The notes under the pieces: generated by a model
Seen by the model: only the letters and a program-made list of their open reading frames with translations
Told to the model about the DNA's origin: nothing
The model's database searches: none
Program-made: the position numbers and the translations under genes
NCBI RefSeq assembly: GCF_017744695.1
Contig: NZ_JAGIAS010000004.1
Coordinates: 143,303 to 207,302, forward strand
Source of the DNA: Dyadobacter sp.
Lineage (GTDB): Bacteria; Bacteroidota; Bacteroidia; Cytophagales; Spirosomataceae
DNA: 64,000 nt
Reading direction: 5' to 3'
Shown here: piece by piece, positions 11,064-20,367 of the stretch
Position numbering within the stretch: position 1 is the stretch's first letter
How the letters are laid out: each line of letters opens with the position of its first letter

Positions 11064-11633
11064 AGTCTTTTTTTTTTTATAATCATTCTGCCATTCCGCG
11101 ACCATTTTCTGCAACAATGCCCGGGCGCGGTGCAACTGTGATTTCGACGTACTTTCGGTAATGCCCAGCATTTGGGCTATTTCAATGTGTGCGTAGCCTT
11201 CGATGGCGTAGAGGTTAAAAACCGTCCGGTAACCTACCGGCAGCGCTTCGATCAATGCCATTAGCTCTTCGGTTTCCAGGTTTTGGTCAGCGTGGGTGTA
11301 ATCGGGAATGTTGTTAGCCTCATCCGAAAGGTTATCCTCCAGAATCCGCTTTTGTTTCCTCAGATAGCCCAGCGATTCGTTCACCATGATCCGCCTGATC
11401 CACCCTTCGAAACTTCCTTCGCTATTGAATTGATCTATTTTTTCAAATACCCTTAAAAAACCCTCTACCATCACATCCTCGGCCGCCATTTCATCGCATA
11501 CATAGCGGAAGCACAAAGCCAGCATCCGATGGCTGTACTTGTCGTAAAGCTGTCGCTGCGCCTTCGGATCTTCCTTCCTGAGAGCTTTGACGAGCTGTGC
11601 TTCCTGGCTAAATAGTGCTAAAATTCGACCCAT
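10227..11633 (-). CDS. ECF sigma-70 factor fused in-frame, through an A11 tract, to the downstream membrane anti-sigma-like protein
   Basis: Region 2 (AEDVMVEGFLRVF, FEGWIRRIMVNESL) and region 4 (LPVGYRTVFNLYAIEGYAHIEIAQMLGITESTSKSQLHRAR), then ...NDYKKKKT-MKKHPVDDLF with no stop; likely start ATG 11633. Confidence 0.85.
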   Translation of the reverse strand: MGRILALFSQEAQLVKALRKEDPKAQRQLYDKYSHRMLALCFRYVCDEMAAEDVMVEGFLRVFEKIDQFNSEGSFEGWIRRIMVNESLGYLRKQKRILEDNLSDEANNIPDYTHADQNLETEELMALIEALPVGYRTVFNLYAIEGYAHIEIAQMLGITESTSKSQLHRARALLQKMVAEWQNDYKKKKTMKKHPVDDLFKRKLEGAQRTPSENAWLKIQEKQPVKRRPAVWGWYAAAGVAAAVMGGYLVWKNQQVNSPESIKPQQTIAAAKPIQKDSMTAPVENSKAPVEQLAAAEGKSNGVVTSNQGNLKPVVHVAEVRQAPKQVIETPVATPELIQNAPAVAITEKPEIPVNAIQPESTNIPVAQGIKTLPDEPAVSRVNKPEPEPTRTIVVAVETGPSEAEEKPRNTRFARVFRQLKNARAGEKVDWDEVGFNPKNLVARVDDRLRNKEDRSTEKDHPKNKTKL

Positions 11634-11657
11634 TCTAATTGGTGGTTTCGACAGCAA

Positions 11658-11685
11658 GATGCGCATTCCTCTGCGTGAGGTTGCA
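11658..11685 (-). promoter_or_regulatory. ECF-type promoter upstream of the ECF sigma (autoregulatory candidate)
   Basis: TGCAAC-N16-CGCATC. Confidence 0.5.
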
Positions 11686-11765
11686 TGTGCCGGAAAAGTT
11701 TTTTGATATTATTTTTAGCTTTGATGCGAATATCACTCATTGATCACCAAAAGGACTTTTCTTCA

Positions 11766-12575
11766 ATGCTCGACTCCTCTGCGCCCATCGGAATTTTTGA
11801 CAGCGGAATCGGCGGTATGACCGTCGCCAGTGCTGTAACCCGGTTGCTTCCCCAGGAAAACACCATTTATTTCGGCGACACGGCGCATTTGCCTTACGGC
11901 GATAAATCCACAGCTGCCATTCAGGCGTATTCGATCAAAATCTGCAATATGCTCTTGCAGCAAAACTGCAAGCTGATCCTCATCGCCTGTAACTCCGCGT
12001 CCGCGGCCGCCTACGAGCTCGTACGCGAGTATGTAGGAAGCAAAGCGAAAGTCCTGAATGTGATCGATCCGGTGGTGGATTATGTGAAAGAGCATTATGA
12101 AGGGAAAACCATCGGCCTGATCGGTACCAAGCAGACCGTCCTCTCCAATGTATATAAAAAAAAGGTGGACGCGCTCGACAGGAATATTCACCTGAAATCA
12201 CTGGCTACCCCATTACTTGCCCCGATGATCGAGGAAGGTTTTTTTGATAATAATATCAGTGAAAGCGTAATTGCCAATTACCTCTCCGATCCATCTCTGA
12301 ATGGCATTGAGGCATTAATCCTCGGTTGCACGCACTATCCGTTAATCAAAACACAGATCCGAAAATTCTATGGCGATACCGTGGAGACGCTCGACACCTC
12401 CGAAATCGTCGCGCGTTCTCTGAAAGCCTGGCTCGAACAACATTACCTCATCAATGAGAAAGGCGAAGGCAAGCGGCAATTCTATGTGTCGGATTACACG
12501 TTGTCATTTGAGCAATCCACCAACATATTCTTCGGCCGGCAAATCCAGCTCGAACATTACCCGCTCTGGGAATAA
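11766..12575 (+). CDS. murI: Glutamate racemase
   Basis: IGIFDSGIGG, YFGDTAHLPYGDK, IACNSAS, LGCTHYP; start ATG 11766, with TAGCTTTG -7 element at 11716-11723. Confidence 0.97.
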   Translation: MLDSSAPIGIFDSGIGGMTVASAVTRLLPQENTIYFGDTAHLPYGDKSTAAIQAYSIKICNMLLQQNCKLILIACNSASAAAYELVREYVGSKAKVLNVIDPVVDYVKEHYEGKTIGLIGTKQTVLSNVYKKKVDALDRNIHLKSLATPLLAPMIEEGFFDNNISESVIANYLSDPSLNGIEALILGCTHYPLIKTQIRKFYGDTVETLDTSEIVARSLKAWLEQHYLINEKGEGKRQFYVSDYTLSFEQSTNIFFGRQIQLEHYPLWE

Positions 12576-12579
12576 GACA

Positions 12580-15102
12580 TTAATAGACCAACTTCACCGG
12601 ACCAAGCAAGCCTGAGGGCATGGGCTGCCAGCGTGTCGCGTCAAATTTTTTATAGGTAATGTCGACTATGTTGATATCGTAAAATTTCTTCCAGTCGGGC
12701 TGCTGCTGGTCACGGAGGCGCATGTAGTTGGCCGAAAGGTTGGTTACCTCGATTTCTAGAACATTGCCTTTTGATTTTAATGCCTCACCTGCGTACAATT
12801 GAAAGGGAATATGCCAAACGGTTCCAAGATCCTTCCCATTCAGTTTGACACTCGCCACTTCACGAACATCGCCCAGACTAATTCCAGCTCCTTCATATTG
12901 CTTTAATGGGCCTTTCAAATCGAAAACGATCCGATAGCGAGCCTTTCCCGAAAAGTATTCGGCAGAATCGGGTAATGTCGTCCAGGATTTGAGAGCCGTA
13001 AGTTTTGCGGGAGCTGGCAATGAAGGTTTACCGGTAATAAATGTGACCTCCCAATTTCCTTTAATTTCCAATTCTTTCACTACACCATCCACCATTGGGA
13101 TATCGGAACCGTCGGCAGCGCCTTCCAGGAAACAGGATTCTCCCGGGGGAAGGTCTAAATATACCTCATCGTGGCCGCCCACCGTCCGGATTTGCATCAG
13201 TGACTCTCCCCGAAGCGGCGTATTCCGCGACATCATTTCGCCCTTCCCGATTCGCACCCAACCGCCTTTGAACGTATTCCCAAGGTTTGACACAAAATAC
13301 AAAGGCAGGCCATTTTCACTCTTCTTCCTGATAAATGTGAGCCCTTTCTCCGCCAATTGCTCTTTCACCACGTCGTTTGCCGCCAAATCTGCATTCAAAT
13401 CTGTGGAAACTTTTACATTGCCAAGTTTTGAAATGCCTGCCAGCTTTTGCGTAAACGCGTTCTGCCGGGCCTCGTGATCCGCATTACCTGTTACAATTTT
13501 GGGCAATTGCTTATCAAAAATGATTTTAGCGCCCGCGTTTGCAAGCCGCAGAAGTTCTGCCAAGGTTTCATCCGGGAAATAGGTTGTCGAAGGGATCACC
13601 AAAGTCTTGTAGCTAGCATTCCCGGAACTTAGCAACCCGTTTGTATCGACCGTAAATTTCTTCAACTGCAAATCCGACACAAAATCGAATGCATATCCTT
13701 CCTTCCAAAGCCTTTCTGATAGCTTTCCAAAGGGCAGATCCAACAACCAGCGATCGACGTGGTGTACTTCCAGCAAATGTACGCCGCCACCCGATTTGGC
13801 TTTCGTAGCCCACAAATCATGGATCGGGAAATAGACCAGCACATCGTTGTCCGGCTTACTATCCTGCAATAGCGCCTGGCACCATTCGACATATCGGTTC
13901 AGGAGTGGAAAGTGTTCGGAGAAATGGGAGGTTTTGCCAAAATTGGTAGAAGCGTAAAACAGCCAGCCGGGAAAGCTTTCCTTTTCGGGGGAATAGGTAG
14001 TGCCGTGATAAAAAATGTGGTTGATCCCCGCTGTAAAAAGCTCGTCGATCTGCGGTTTGATTTGAGATAACGAAACCTTGAAATGATTGGCAAGCCAGGT
14101 ACCGGTCTCTGAACTTACCAATTTCTTGCCCGACAAATTTGCAGCCGACGAAGCGAACTTCATCGCCAGCGGATTCGGCGTACCGAATTGGTCGATCGAA
14201 TAATCGGGATCGACGCGCAGGCCTGGGATATTGAAACGGCTGGTACCAAATGATTCCGTTTCGGGAATGTCGGCCGCCTCGTAAAGATCCAGGAGGTTAC
14301 CCGGCGAACCGTGCGCCTGGTAGCGCGTCACAAATCCGTGCGCACGGCTCCACTCGGTCCAGGGTTTGGCATAGCGTTCGAAAAGCAGTTCGGCAAGCGT
14401 CTGGTGATAATCTATTTTGACTAATGTGGCCTCCGGGGTTCCGGTCGAGTCATTCAATAATGACAGCTTGGCCAGCAGGTCATATTTCCGGCGTGATTGA
14501 AACTGTTTTGCAAAATCGTCCGTCCAATTAGCGCCATAGGCTTCATAGGAATCATTATACATCGCCCTTGGCTTCGCGGAAGTCTTGCTGAATACCGAAT
14601 CAAACCGCGAAAGATATTGCTGCATTCCATTTGCACTGAACGGATCCAGCACCAACCCTTCCCCGCCAGGAGCGGCACGCTTCACTTTCTGGCCAGTTGG
14701 TTTTACCACCGGTTTCCCATCCACGACAGTCATACTTTGTGCCGCAATTGCCGCCGTCACATTCGGACCACCGAACGGCCAGCCGGTCCCTGTGGTCATG
14801 TCCACGCCCAATCCGAGACGTTTCCCTTCCCGCACGGTATATTCCATGACATCGAGCCATTGAGCTCCCAGGAAAGAGAGCGCCGCTTTTTCATACCCTT
14901 TCGCCCCGTAAATTGGAATAATATGTACGCCACCGAGCCCCGATTTGCTGAAATATTCCAGCTGGGCGGTGATATCCGCTTTGGTGACCGCGCTGCCCAT
15001 CCACCACCAGTAAGTCCAGGGTTTGGAGGTCGAAAGCTTTTGTGCATTGCTATGGGCAAACAGTGCGAATATCAGAAGGACAGCGAGTAGAATCCGGCGC
15101 AT
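12580..15102 (-). CDS. Glycoside hydrolase, GH106 (alpha-L-rhamnosidase)-like
   Basis: KPWTYWWWMGSAVT, GLGGVHIIPIYG, DMTTGTGWPFGGP, DSYE, C-terminal LGDVREVASVKLNGKDLGTVW...SGLLGPV; signal peptide. Confidence 0.75.
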   Translation of the reverse strand: MRRILLAVLLIFALFAHSNAQKLSTSKPWTYWWWMGSAVTKADITAQLEYFSKSGLGGVHIIPIYGAKGYEKAALSFLGAQWLDVMEYTVREGKRLGLGVDMTTGTGWPFGGPNVTAAIAAQSMTVVDGKPVVKPTGQKVKRAAPGGEGLVLDPFSANGMQQYLSRFDSVFSKTSAKPRAMYNDSYEAYGANWTDDFAKQFQSRRKYDLLAKLSLLNDSTGTPEATLVKIDYHQTLAELLFERYAKPWTEWSRAHGFVTRYQAHGSPGNLLDLYEAADIPETESFGTSRFNIPGLRVDPDYSIDQFGTPNPLAMKFASSAANLSGKKLVSSETGTWLANHFKVSLSQIKPQIDELFTAGINHIFYHGTTYSPEKESFPGWLFYASTNFGKTSHFSEHFPLLNRYVEWCQALLQDSKPDNDVLVYFPIHDLWATKAKSGGGVHLLEVHHVDRWLLDLPFGKLSERLWKEGYAFDFVSDLQLKKFTVDTNGLLSSGNASYKTLVIPSTTYFPDETLAELLRLANAGAKIIFDKQLPKIVTGNADHEARQNAFTQKLAGISKLGNVKVSTDLNADLAANDVVKEQLAEKGLTFIRKKSENGLPLYFVSNLGNTFKGGWVRIGKGEMMSRNTPLRGESLMQIRTVGGHDEVYLDLPPGESCFLEGAADGSDIPMVDGVVKELEIKGNWEVTFITGKPSLPAPAKLTALKSWTTLPDSAEYFSGKARYRIVFDLKGPLKQYEGAGISLGDVREVASVKLNGKDLGTVWHIPFQLYAGEALKSKGNVLEIEVTNLSANYMRLRDQQQPDWKKFYDINIVDITYKKFDATRWQPMPSGLLGPVKLVY

Positions 15103-15187
15103 GATTTGGACAGTGTTTTTCTTTAAAGACGCACGCAGCATTATCTACGCCACTACAAGGGAATATTTTGTCAAACCCCAAAACATC

Positions 15188-15218
15188 AAAAAGGCAGGAC
15201 CGCATTGGCCCTGCCTTT
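15188..15218 (-). terminator. Terminator of the ACIII/oxidase operon
   Basis: AAAGGCAGG / CCTGCCTTT stem plus U-tract. Confidence 0.65.
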
Positions 15219-15237
15219 GAATATCTTGCTTTGTAAA

Positions 15238-15519
15238 TCAGTTCTCGTACGCCGACCGCACGCGCGCCGCTACGAACTGGCGCTCGGCTTGCGCCCGTTT
15301 CGAGTTGCGGTACCAAAGGTAACCGATCACTGCTACGAGGATGTAGGGAATCACAAACAGGAACATGATACCGGTGTTCAAACCTACACCTACATTATTC
15401 CGTCCGTTCCCCATGGAGCTTTCCACCGACCCGCGACACATCGCGCATTGTGCAAATGCACCCGCGCTATTCATGACGAACATGATTACCAATCCGGATA
15501 TTGCCAAAAACTTTTTCAT
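15238..15519 (-). CDS. Small membrane protein with a CAMC motif, oxidase-cluster associated
   Basis: Signal-like N-terminus, AQCAMC, one TM helix; 4-nt overlap with the DUF420 stop. Confidence 0.7.
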   Translation of the reverse strand: MKKFLAISGLVIMFVMNSAGAFAQCAMCRGSVESSMGNGRNNVGVGLNTGIMFLFVIPYILVAVIGYLWYRNSKRAQAERQFVAARVRSAYEN

Positions 15520-16055
15520 ACGTAATAAGGACTAATCATCAAGTAAACGATCACACCCGTAACACTCACATAAAGCCAGATCGGCATTGCCCATTTCACG
15601 GCCTTCCGGTGTTCGGCAATCTGGTTGGTATATCCAAAATACACTGCCCGCAATACAAACCAAACGACTCCGATTGATAACACAATATGCGAAATCAACA
15701 AAAAGTAGTAAACAGGCCGGATAAGTCCGGTGCCACCGAACGGCGTAGCCTCGTTTGAAATGTGGTAAAGTACATAGCAAACCAGGAAAAACGCTCCGAG
15801 CACGAATGCGCCGGTCATTGTTTTCCTGTGCGCAGATATGTTCTTTTGTTTGATAAAATAAAAGCCCATGATCAGCAGCAAGGAAGTCAGGGTATTGATC
15901 GCACCAATAATATGGGGTAATACCTTCGTCCAGGCGCCCAGGTCGATCTTCTGCCGGATTCCCAGCAACAATGCAACCACCACAGGAATGGCGACTGCCA
16001 GAATGTTAATAATACGTTCGTATTTCGGTTTTCTTTCGATTGTTAATGTAGCCAT
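15516..16055 (-). CDS. DUF420 family membrane protein
   Basis: LPHIIGAIN, HRKTM, FLVCYVLYH, LLISHIVLS, PIWLYVSVTGVIVYLM. Confidence 0.85.
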   Translation of the reverse strand: MATLTIERKPKYERIINILAVAIPVVVALLLGIRQKIDLGAWTKVLPHIIGAINTLTSLLLIMGFYFIKQKNISAHRKTMTGAFVLGAFFLVCYVLYHISNEATPFGGTGLIRPVYYFLLISHIVLSIGVVWFVLRAVYFGYTNQIAEHRKAVKWAMPIWLYVSVTGVIVYLMISPYYV

Positions 16056-16061
16056 ACCCAC

Positions 16062-16658
16062 TTATTTCTCATTCTTCTTTTCATAATCGAGGATTTTGAG
16101 CTCGGCCATCAGCCGGTCAGTCTCTTCCCCATCTCCGGCTTTATAAAAGCCTCTCACGTATTTTTTACGATCTATCAGGACAATTTGTCCCGCCCGACCA
16201 TTCAAAGCGTCGCTCCCCTTGACAGCATCCGTCAATTCTCTCGAAAAACAGTTTGCGATCGTCACACTATCCGTCTTTACCGATTGCCATTCTCCATGTC
16301 TCACAGTGTCCACCGCAATCGACAATACCTGTAACTCCGGAATCATTGATTTCAATGTTGCAATGCGGCCCATCTCATCAATGGCTATATCGCAGGGTTC
16401 TCCGCATTTCGAAGGCATCCGGTGCACGACCGTCAATCGTCCATCCAGGTTTACACCTCCAAAAACGCCGCAATCCGCTGAAACCTGATGAAATACCGTA
16501 TCGCCGTTTTGGACGATAATCGAGCCGTTGCCATCCTTCGACGCCACGAAATAAGGCAGATCGTAATGGTTCGTCCCGAACAGTTTCAGTAAAGCAAAAA
16601 TCAAAGCCGGTATTACTAATGTGACAATCAGTAATCCGGCTTTGGGAAATTTCTTCAT
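16062..16658 (-). CDS. Divergent SCO-like copper chaperone
   Basis: N-terminal TM anchor, CxxxC (CGEPC), 'IVLIDRKKYVRGFY' C-terminus, oxidase operon context; the usual His ligand is not evident. Confidence 0.6.
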   Translation of the reverse strand: MKKFPKAGLLIVTLVIPALIFALLKLFGTNHYDLPYFVASKDGNGSIIVQNGDTVFHQVSADCGVFGGVNLDGRLTVVHRMPSKCGEPCDIAIDEMGRIATLKSMIPELQVLSIAVDTVRHGEWQSVKTDSVTIANCFSRELTDAVKGSDALNGRAGQIVLIDRKKYVRGFYKAGDGEETDRLMAELKILDYEKKNEK

Positions 16659-16667
16659 TCTATTCTA

Positions 16668-17003
16668 TTATCCGAAAATCGCCTCGAAAATCGCATTTCC
16701 TTCGAGCATAAGTGCCAGGATCAACCAGGCGACGAATATGACCGGTACAAGGATAGACCATATCAGCGTTTTTGTTTCATGTTTCAAGTGCATGAATTCC
16801 CCAACGATGTAGAATGCTTTCACGATCGTCATCACGATGAAGATCGTAATCTTCAAAATGCCGTGAGGGACTGTAAATGCGATCAAGAACTCGAGTGAGG
16901 TGATGATCAGAAGAATCCAAAAGGTTTTCCAGATCGCTTTACGCTGCTCTGCTCCTGCCTCGGGATCCTGGTTATGTACGTGGTGATGATGTACTTCCGC
17001 CAT
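16668..17003 (-). CDS. Cytochrome c oxidase subunit IV
   Basis: Three TM helices; KAFYIVGEFMHLKHE. Confidence 0.88.
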   Translation of the reverse strand: MAEVHHHHVHNQDPEAGAEQRKAIWKTFWILLIITSLEFLIAFTVPHGILKITIFIVMTIVKAFYIVGEFMHLKHETKTLIWSILVPVIFVAWLILALMLEGNAIFEAIFG

Positions 17004-17034
17004 TTTACTTCAATTTTAAATATTGTCCTATAAT

Positions 17035-17805
17035 TTAAACCAGGTAGAAGAATGTAAATACAAACACCCAAACCAGATCCACAAAGTGCCAGTAAAGACC
17101 TACTTTTTCCACCATTTCGTAGCTTCCTCTCTTGTCGTAGAAACCTGTTGCAGCGCGGAAGAAGATCAGAATGTTCAGGATCACACCTGAGAATACGTGG
17201 GTTCCGTGGAAACCGGTGATGAAAAAGAAGAAGTCAGCGAAAGCCGGAGGGCCGTACTGGTTTTCCGTCAGGTTAGCACCAAAAATTGTTTTCTCAACCC
17301 AGGTACCATTTTCGATCACTTTCATGACAGTACCTGCATCGGTTCCGTGGATGAAGTGGCTCCATTCCCAAGCCTGGCAACCAAGGAAGGTAAAACCGCC
17401 GAGGATTGTCCAAAGCATATATTTTTCAACATTCGCGCGGTCCATGCGGTGACCGGCTTCCACAGCGAGTACCATTGTAACGGAGCTCGCGATGAGAATG
17501 AATGTCATGATACCAACGAATACCAGCGGCAGCGAAACACCGTGCAGGAATGGTACGGCTTCGTAAACCCTCTCAGGTACCGGCCAGTACATGTTGGAGA
17601 ATGTAAAATCTTCGTGCTTTCCGGTGAATGCGGGGAAACTAAACCGGGCTGTACCATATGCCACCAGCAAGGCAGAGAAAGTAAAGGTATCCGAGATGAG
17701 GAAGAACCACATCATCAGTTTACCGTAACTTGCTTTCATAGGCTCAATACCCCCCAACCACATTTTGGGTTCTACCGCGCCGGGTGTTGTTACATGTGCC
17801 GCCAT
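17035..17805 (-). CDS. Cytochrome c oxidase subunit III family
   Basis: MMWFFLISDTFTF, FFFITGFHGTHV, GLYWHFVDLVWVF. Confidence 0.92.
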   Translation of the reverse strand: MAAHVTTPGAVEPKMWLGGIEPMKASYGKLMMWFFLISDTFTFSALLVAYGTARFSFPAFTGKHEDFTFSNMYWPVPERVYEAVPFLHGVSLPLVFVGIMTFILIASSVTMVLAVEAGHRMDRANVEKYMLWTILGGFTFLGCQAWEWSHFIHGTDAGTVMKVIENGTWVEKTIFGANLTENQYGPPAFADFFFFITGFHGTHVFSGVILNILIFFRAATGFYDKRGSYEMVEKVGLYWHFVDLVWVFVFTFFYLV

Positions 17806-17819
17806 TGATAAAAAAATTA

Positions 17820-18413
17820 TTAATTAAAGGTCAATAAAAAAACAAAAAGGTATAACCAGAGTATGTCCAAAAAGTGCCAGTAAGTAGCACTGATCTGAAT
17901 TCTTCTCAGATTTTTGGAATGCACATTCAGCTTAAATGCCGAAAACAGCGCGAATACCAAAACAATCAGGCCGGTAATGATGTGGAATCCGTGCAGTCCT
18001 GTAAACACGTAAAAGAACGAGCCGGACGGGTTTCCCACAAAATATACATTCATCGCCACCAGCTCTTTCCAGCCCTGAAATTGCATATAAAGGAAGATCA
18101 GGCCGAGTACAAAAGTAATAGAAATTGCTATTTTCAATTGTTGGAACTGATCTTTTTTTGCCGAAAAGTAGGCCCATTGCATGGCTACACTGCTCATTAA
18201 CAACACCACGGTGCTGTACCAGAAAATCTGCGGCATCTCGAATTCAAGCCAGTTGCCTTCGGCCCTACGCACCAGGTATGCACTGCTCTGAGACGCAAAA
18301 AGCATGATGATCGTCACAAGGAACAACCAAAGAATAAACTTCTTCGGGTCCATCGCCAACGTCTCCTGCGGCTCTCTTTCCAATTTATATTGCTGAACGT
18401 TTTCCATTTTCAC
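17820..18413 (-). CDS. Cytochrome c oxidase subunit III family (second copy)
   Basis: FYVFTGLHGFHI, TYWHFLDILWLYLF. Confidence 0.9.
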   Translation of the reverse strand: MKMENVQQYKLEREPQETLAMDPKKFILWLFLVTIIMLFASQSSAYLVRRAEGNWLEFEMPQIFWYSTVVLLMSSVAMQWAYFSAKKDQFQQLKIAISITFVLGLIFLYMQFQGWKELVAMNVYFVGNPSGSFFYVFTGLHGFHIITGLIVLVFALFSAFKLNVHSKNLRRIQISATYWHFLDILWLYLFVFLLTFN

Positions 18414-18424
18414 TCGATTCTATT

Positions 18425-19318
18425 TCACAATTTATCCAACAAAAAAGCAATCTGTACGATAGGCAGGTAAATGAACGATCCGAACATCAGCTGCTTCGCG
18501 GTCTTGTCGGTGCACGTACGCATAAGATGGAACGTCTGTGCGAGGAACAATACTCCGAAAACGGTCGCGATGAATGCGGAATTGATGCCTGTCATTCCCA
18601 GTTCGTACGGCAACCAGCCGATCGGAAGCAGGAACAGGGTATAGATCATGATCTGCAAAGTCGTATCAGAGTCTTTCAAACCATTGGCGGGCAACAATTT
18701 GAAACCCGCTCTTTTGTAATCTTCATCCAATACCCATGCAATAGCCCAGAAATGCGGGAATTGCCAGAAAAACTGGATCGCAAACAGGATACCAGGTTCC
18801 AGACCAAAATGGTTGGTAGCTGCTACCCAGCCGATCATCGGAGGAAATGCGCCGGGGAATGCTCCCACGAATACCGCAATCGGACCGACGCGCTTTAACG
18901 GGGTGTAAACAAACCCGTAAAGCACAAGCGACAGCAGGGAAATAAGCCCCGTTGTCAGGTTAAAAACCATTACAAATATCGCCAGCGACGCTACACCTAG
19001 GATCACAGCCCATAATGCAGCTTGTTCCACGGTAATTCTTCCGCTTGGCAACGGCCGTGAAGCCGTTCTTTTCATCATTTTATCCAGGTCCTTTTCCAGG
19101 ATCTGGTTGATAATGTTCGCTGCACCGGTAATACCGATTGAAGCCAACACGAAAAGCACCATATCGCCAGCTTTCACGTCGCGCGAACCCAGGCAATATC
19201 CCATAGCTCCGGAGAACGCGATCAACGACGCTAACCGGAATTTGAGTAATTCAAATAAAACCCCTAATCTCTCTCTGATCTTCCCAACCCCGCTTACACT
19301 TTCCTCTACTGAAATCAT
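18425..19318 (-). CDS. cyoE: Protoheme IX farnesyltransferase (heme O synthase)
   Basis: NQILEKDLDKMMKRTASRPLPSGR, YTPLKR, FFWQFPHFWAIAW. Confidence 0.95.
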   Translation of the reverse strand: MISVEESVSGVGKIRERLGVLFELLKFRLASLIAFSGAMGYCLGSRDVKAGDMVLFVLASIGITGAANIINQILEKDLDKMMKRTASRPLPSGRITVEQAALWAVILGVASLAIFVMVFNLTTGLISLLSLVLYGFVYTPLKRVGPIAVFVGAFPGAFPPMIGWVAATNHFGLEPGILFAIQFFWQFPHFWAIAWVLDEDYKRAGFKLLPANGLKDSDTTLQIMIYTLFLLPIGWLPYELGMTGINSAFIATVFGVLFLAQTFHLMRTCTDKTAKQLMFGSFIYLPIVQIAFLLDKL

Positions 19319-19338
19319 TATTACAGAAATTGAAAATT

Positions 19339-20367
19339 CTAAAACAGGCTACCAGCCGTCGCGGCCACGCCTTTGTACTTCAAATACTTCTTTCCATTCA
19401 CAACCAGCCAAACGATAAACTGAAGGCCGATCAGAAGAATCGCGAATGTGAGGTGAATAGGCTGAGCAAATGCCGGAACTCCGAAATATGCCATGATTAC
19501 GCCCGTTGCAATCTCCGCGATCAGGATCCAGAGGCAAGCTATTGCAATTTTGCCCGCTGCGGTTCCCTTGTTTCCGGTTTTCAAAACCTTGTTGATCCAG
19601 ATTGCATTCACAACAAAGACCAGAATTGAAAATGACCGGTGTATATAAAAGTTGGCTCCAAGTTCATCGATCCATTCCGACCGCGCCCCGTAACCGAGCT
19701 TCATAATCACTACATCCATTGCTTCACGAACTTGCGTTCCGAGGAGGATCTGGAACAACGACAGCGCCATTACCAAGATCCCTATTCCACTGAGTACTTT
19801 CTCACTGCCTTCACGTAATGTGAGCACCTTCTCGACATAGCCGGCCCAAGTAAACACATAGAGCACGATAAAAATGATCACGATGGCGAGCAGCATGTGT
19901 ACTGTGACAATCAACGGGTGCAACTCGAAAGAAACTACTTTCGCACCGAGCCACCCCTGGAAGCCAGTCAGCAAAAAAGCCGCAAGGCTCAAAAAGAATA
20001 TCGGCTTGTTTCCGGATTTCAGGAAAGGTATGGAGGCAAGCAGCATCAGAAAAATAACGATGCCCGTAATCGCTCCTACAAGCCTGTTTACGTACTCAGT
20101 CCAGGTTTTCGTCGCATTAAACTCGACTTCTCCTTTCAGCTTCGCACCGTAAATCTCCTTGTAATTGGGAGGAAGTTGTGATGCTTCGGTTGGAGGGACC
20201 CATCTGCCGAAGCATTTAGGCCAGTCGGGACAGCCCATTCCTGAGCCTGTACTTCTCACGACGCCACCTGCTATCACTACCAGGTACAGCGAAATGAGTG
20301 TATTTAAAGCAAATCGCCGGAACCGGCGATTCGCTTTAAGATCAATGATGTGTTTTGAACTGGTCAT
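19339..20367 (-). CDS. ctaA: Heme A synthase (COX15/CtaA)
   Basis: GGVVRSTGSGMGCPDWPKC, TWTEYVNRLVG, HMLLA, HRSFS, HLTFA. Confidence 0.92.
   Translation of the reverse strand: MTSSKHIIDLKANRRFRRFALNTLISLYLVVIAGGVVRSTGSGMGCPDWPKCFGRWVPPTEASQLPPNYKEIYGAKLKGEVEFNATKTWTEYVNRLVGAITGIVIFLMLLASIPFLKSGNKPIFFLSLAAFLLTGFQGWLGAKVVSFELHPLIVTVHMLLAIVIIFIVLYVFTWAGYVEKVLTLREGSEKVLSGIGILVMALSLFQILLGTQVREAMDVVIMKLGYGARSEWIDELGANFYIHRSFSILVFVVNAIWINKVLKTGNKGTAAGKIAIACLWILIAEIATGVIMAYFGVPAFAQPIHLTFAILLIGLQFIVWLVVNGKKYLKYKGVAATAGSLF

Noticed and set aside
17035-18413. Two adjacent cox3-like genes as a recent duplication
   Set aside because: They are highly divergent, and the paired arrangement is standard in Bacteroidota aa3 operons.
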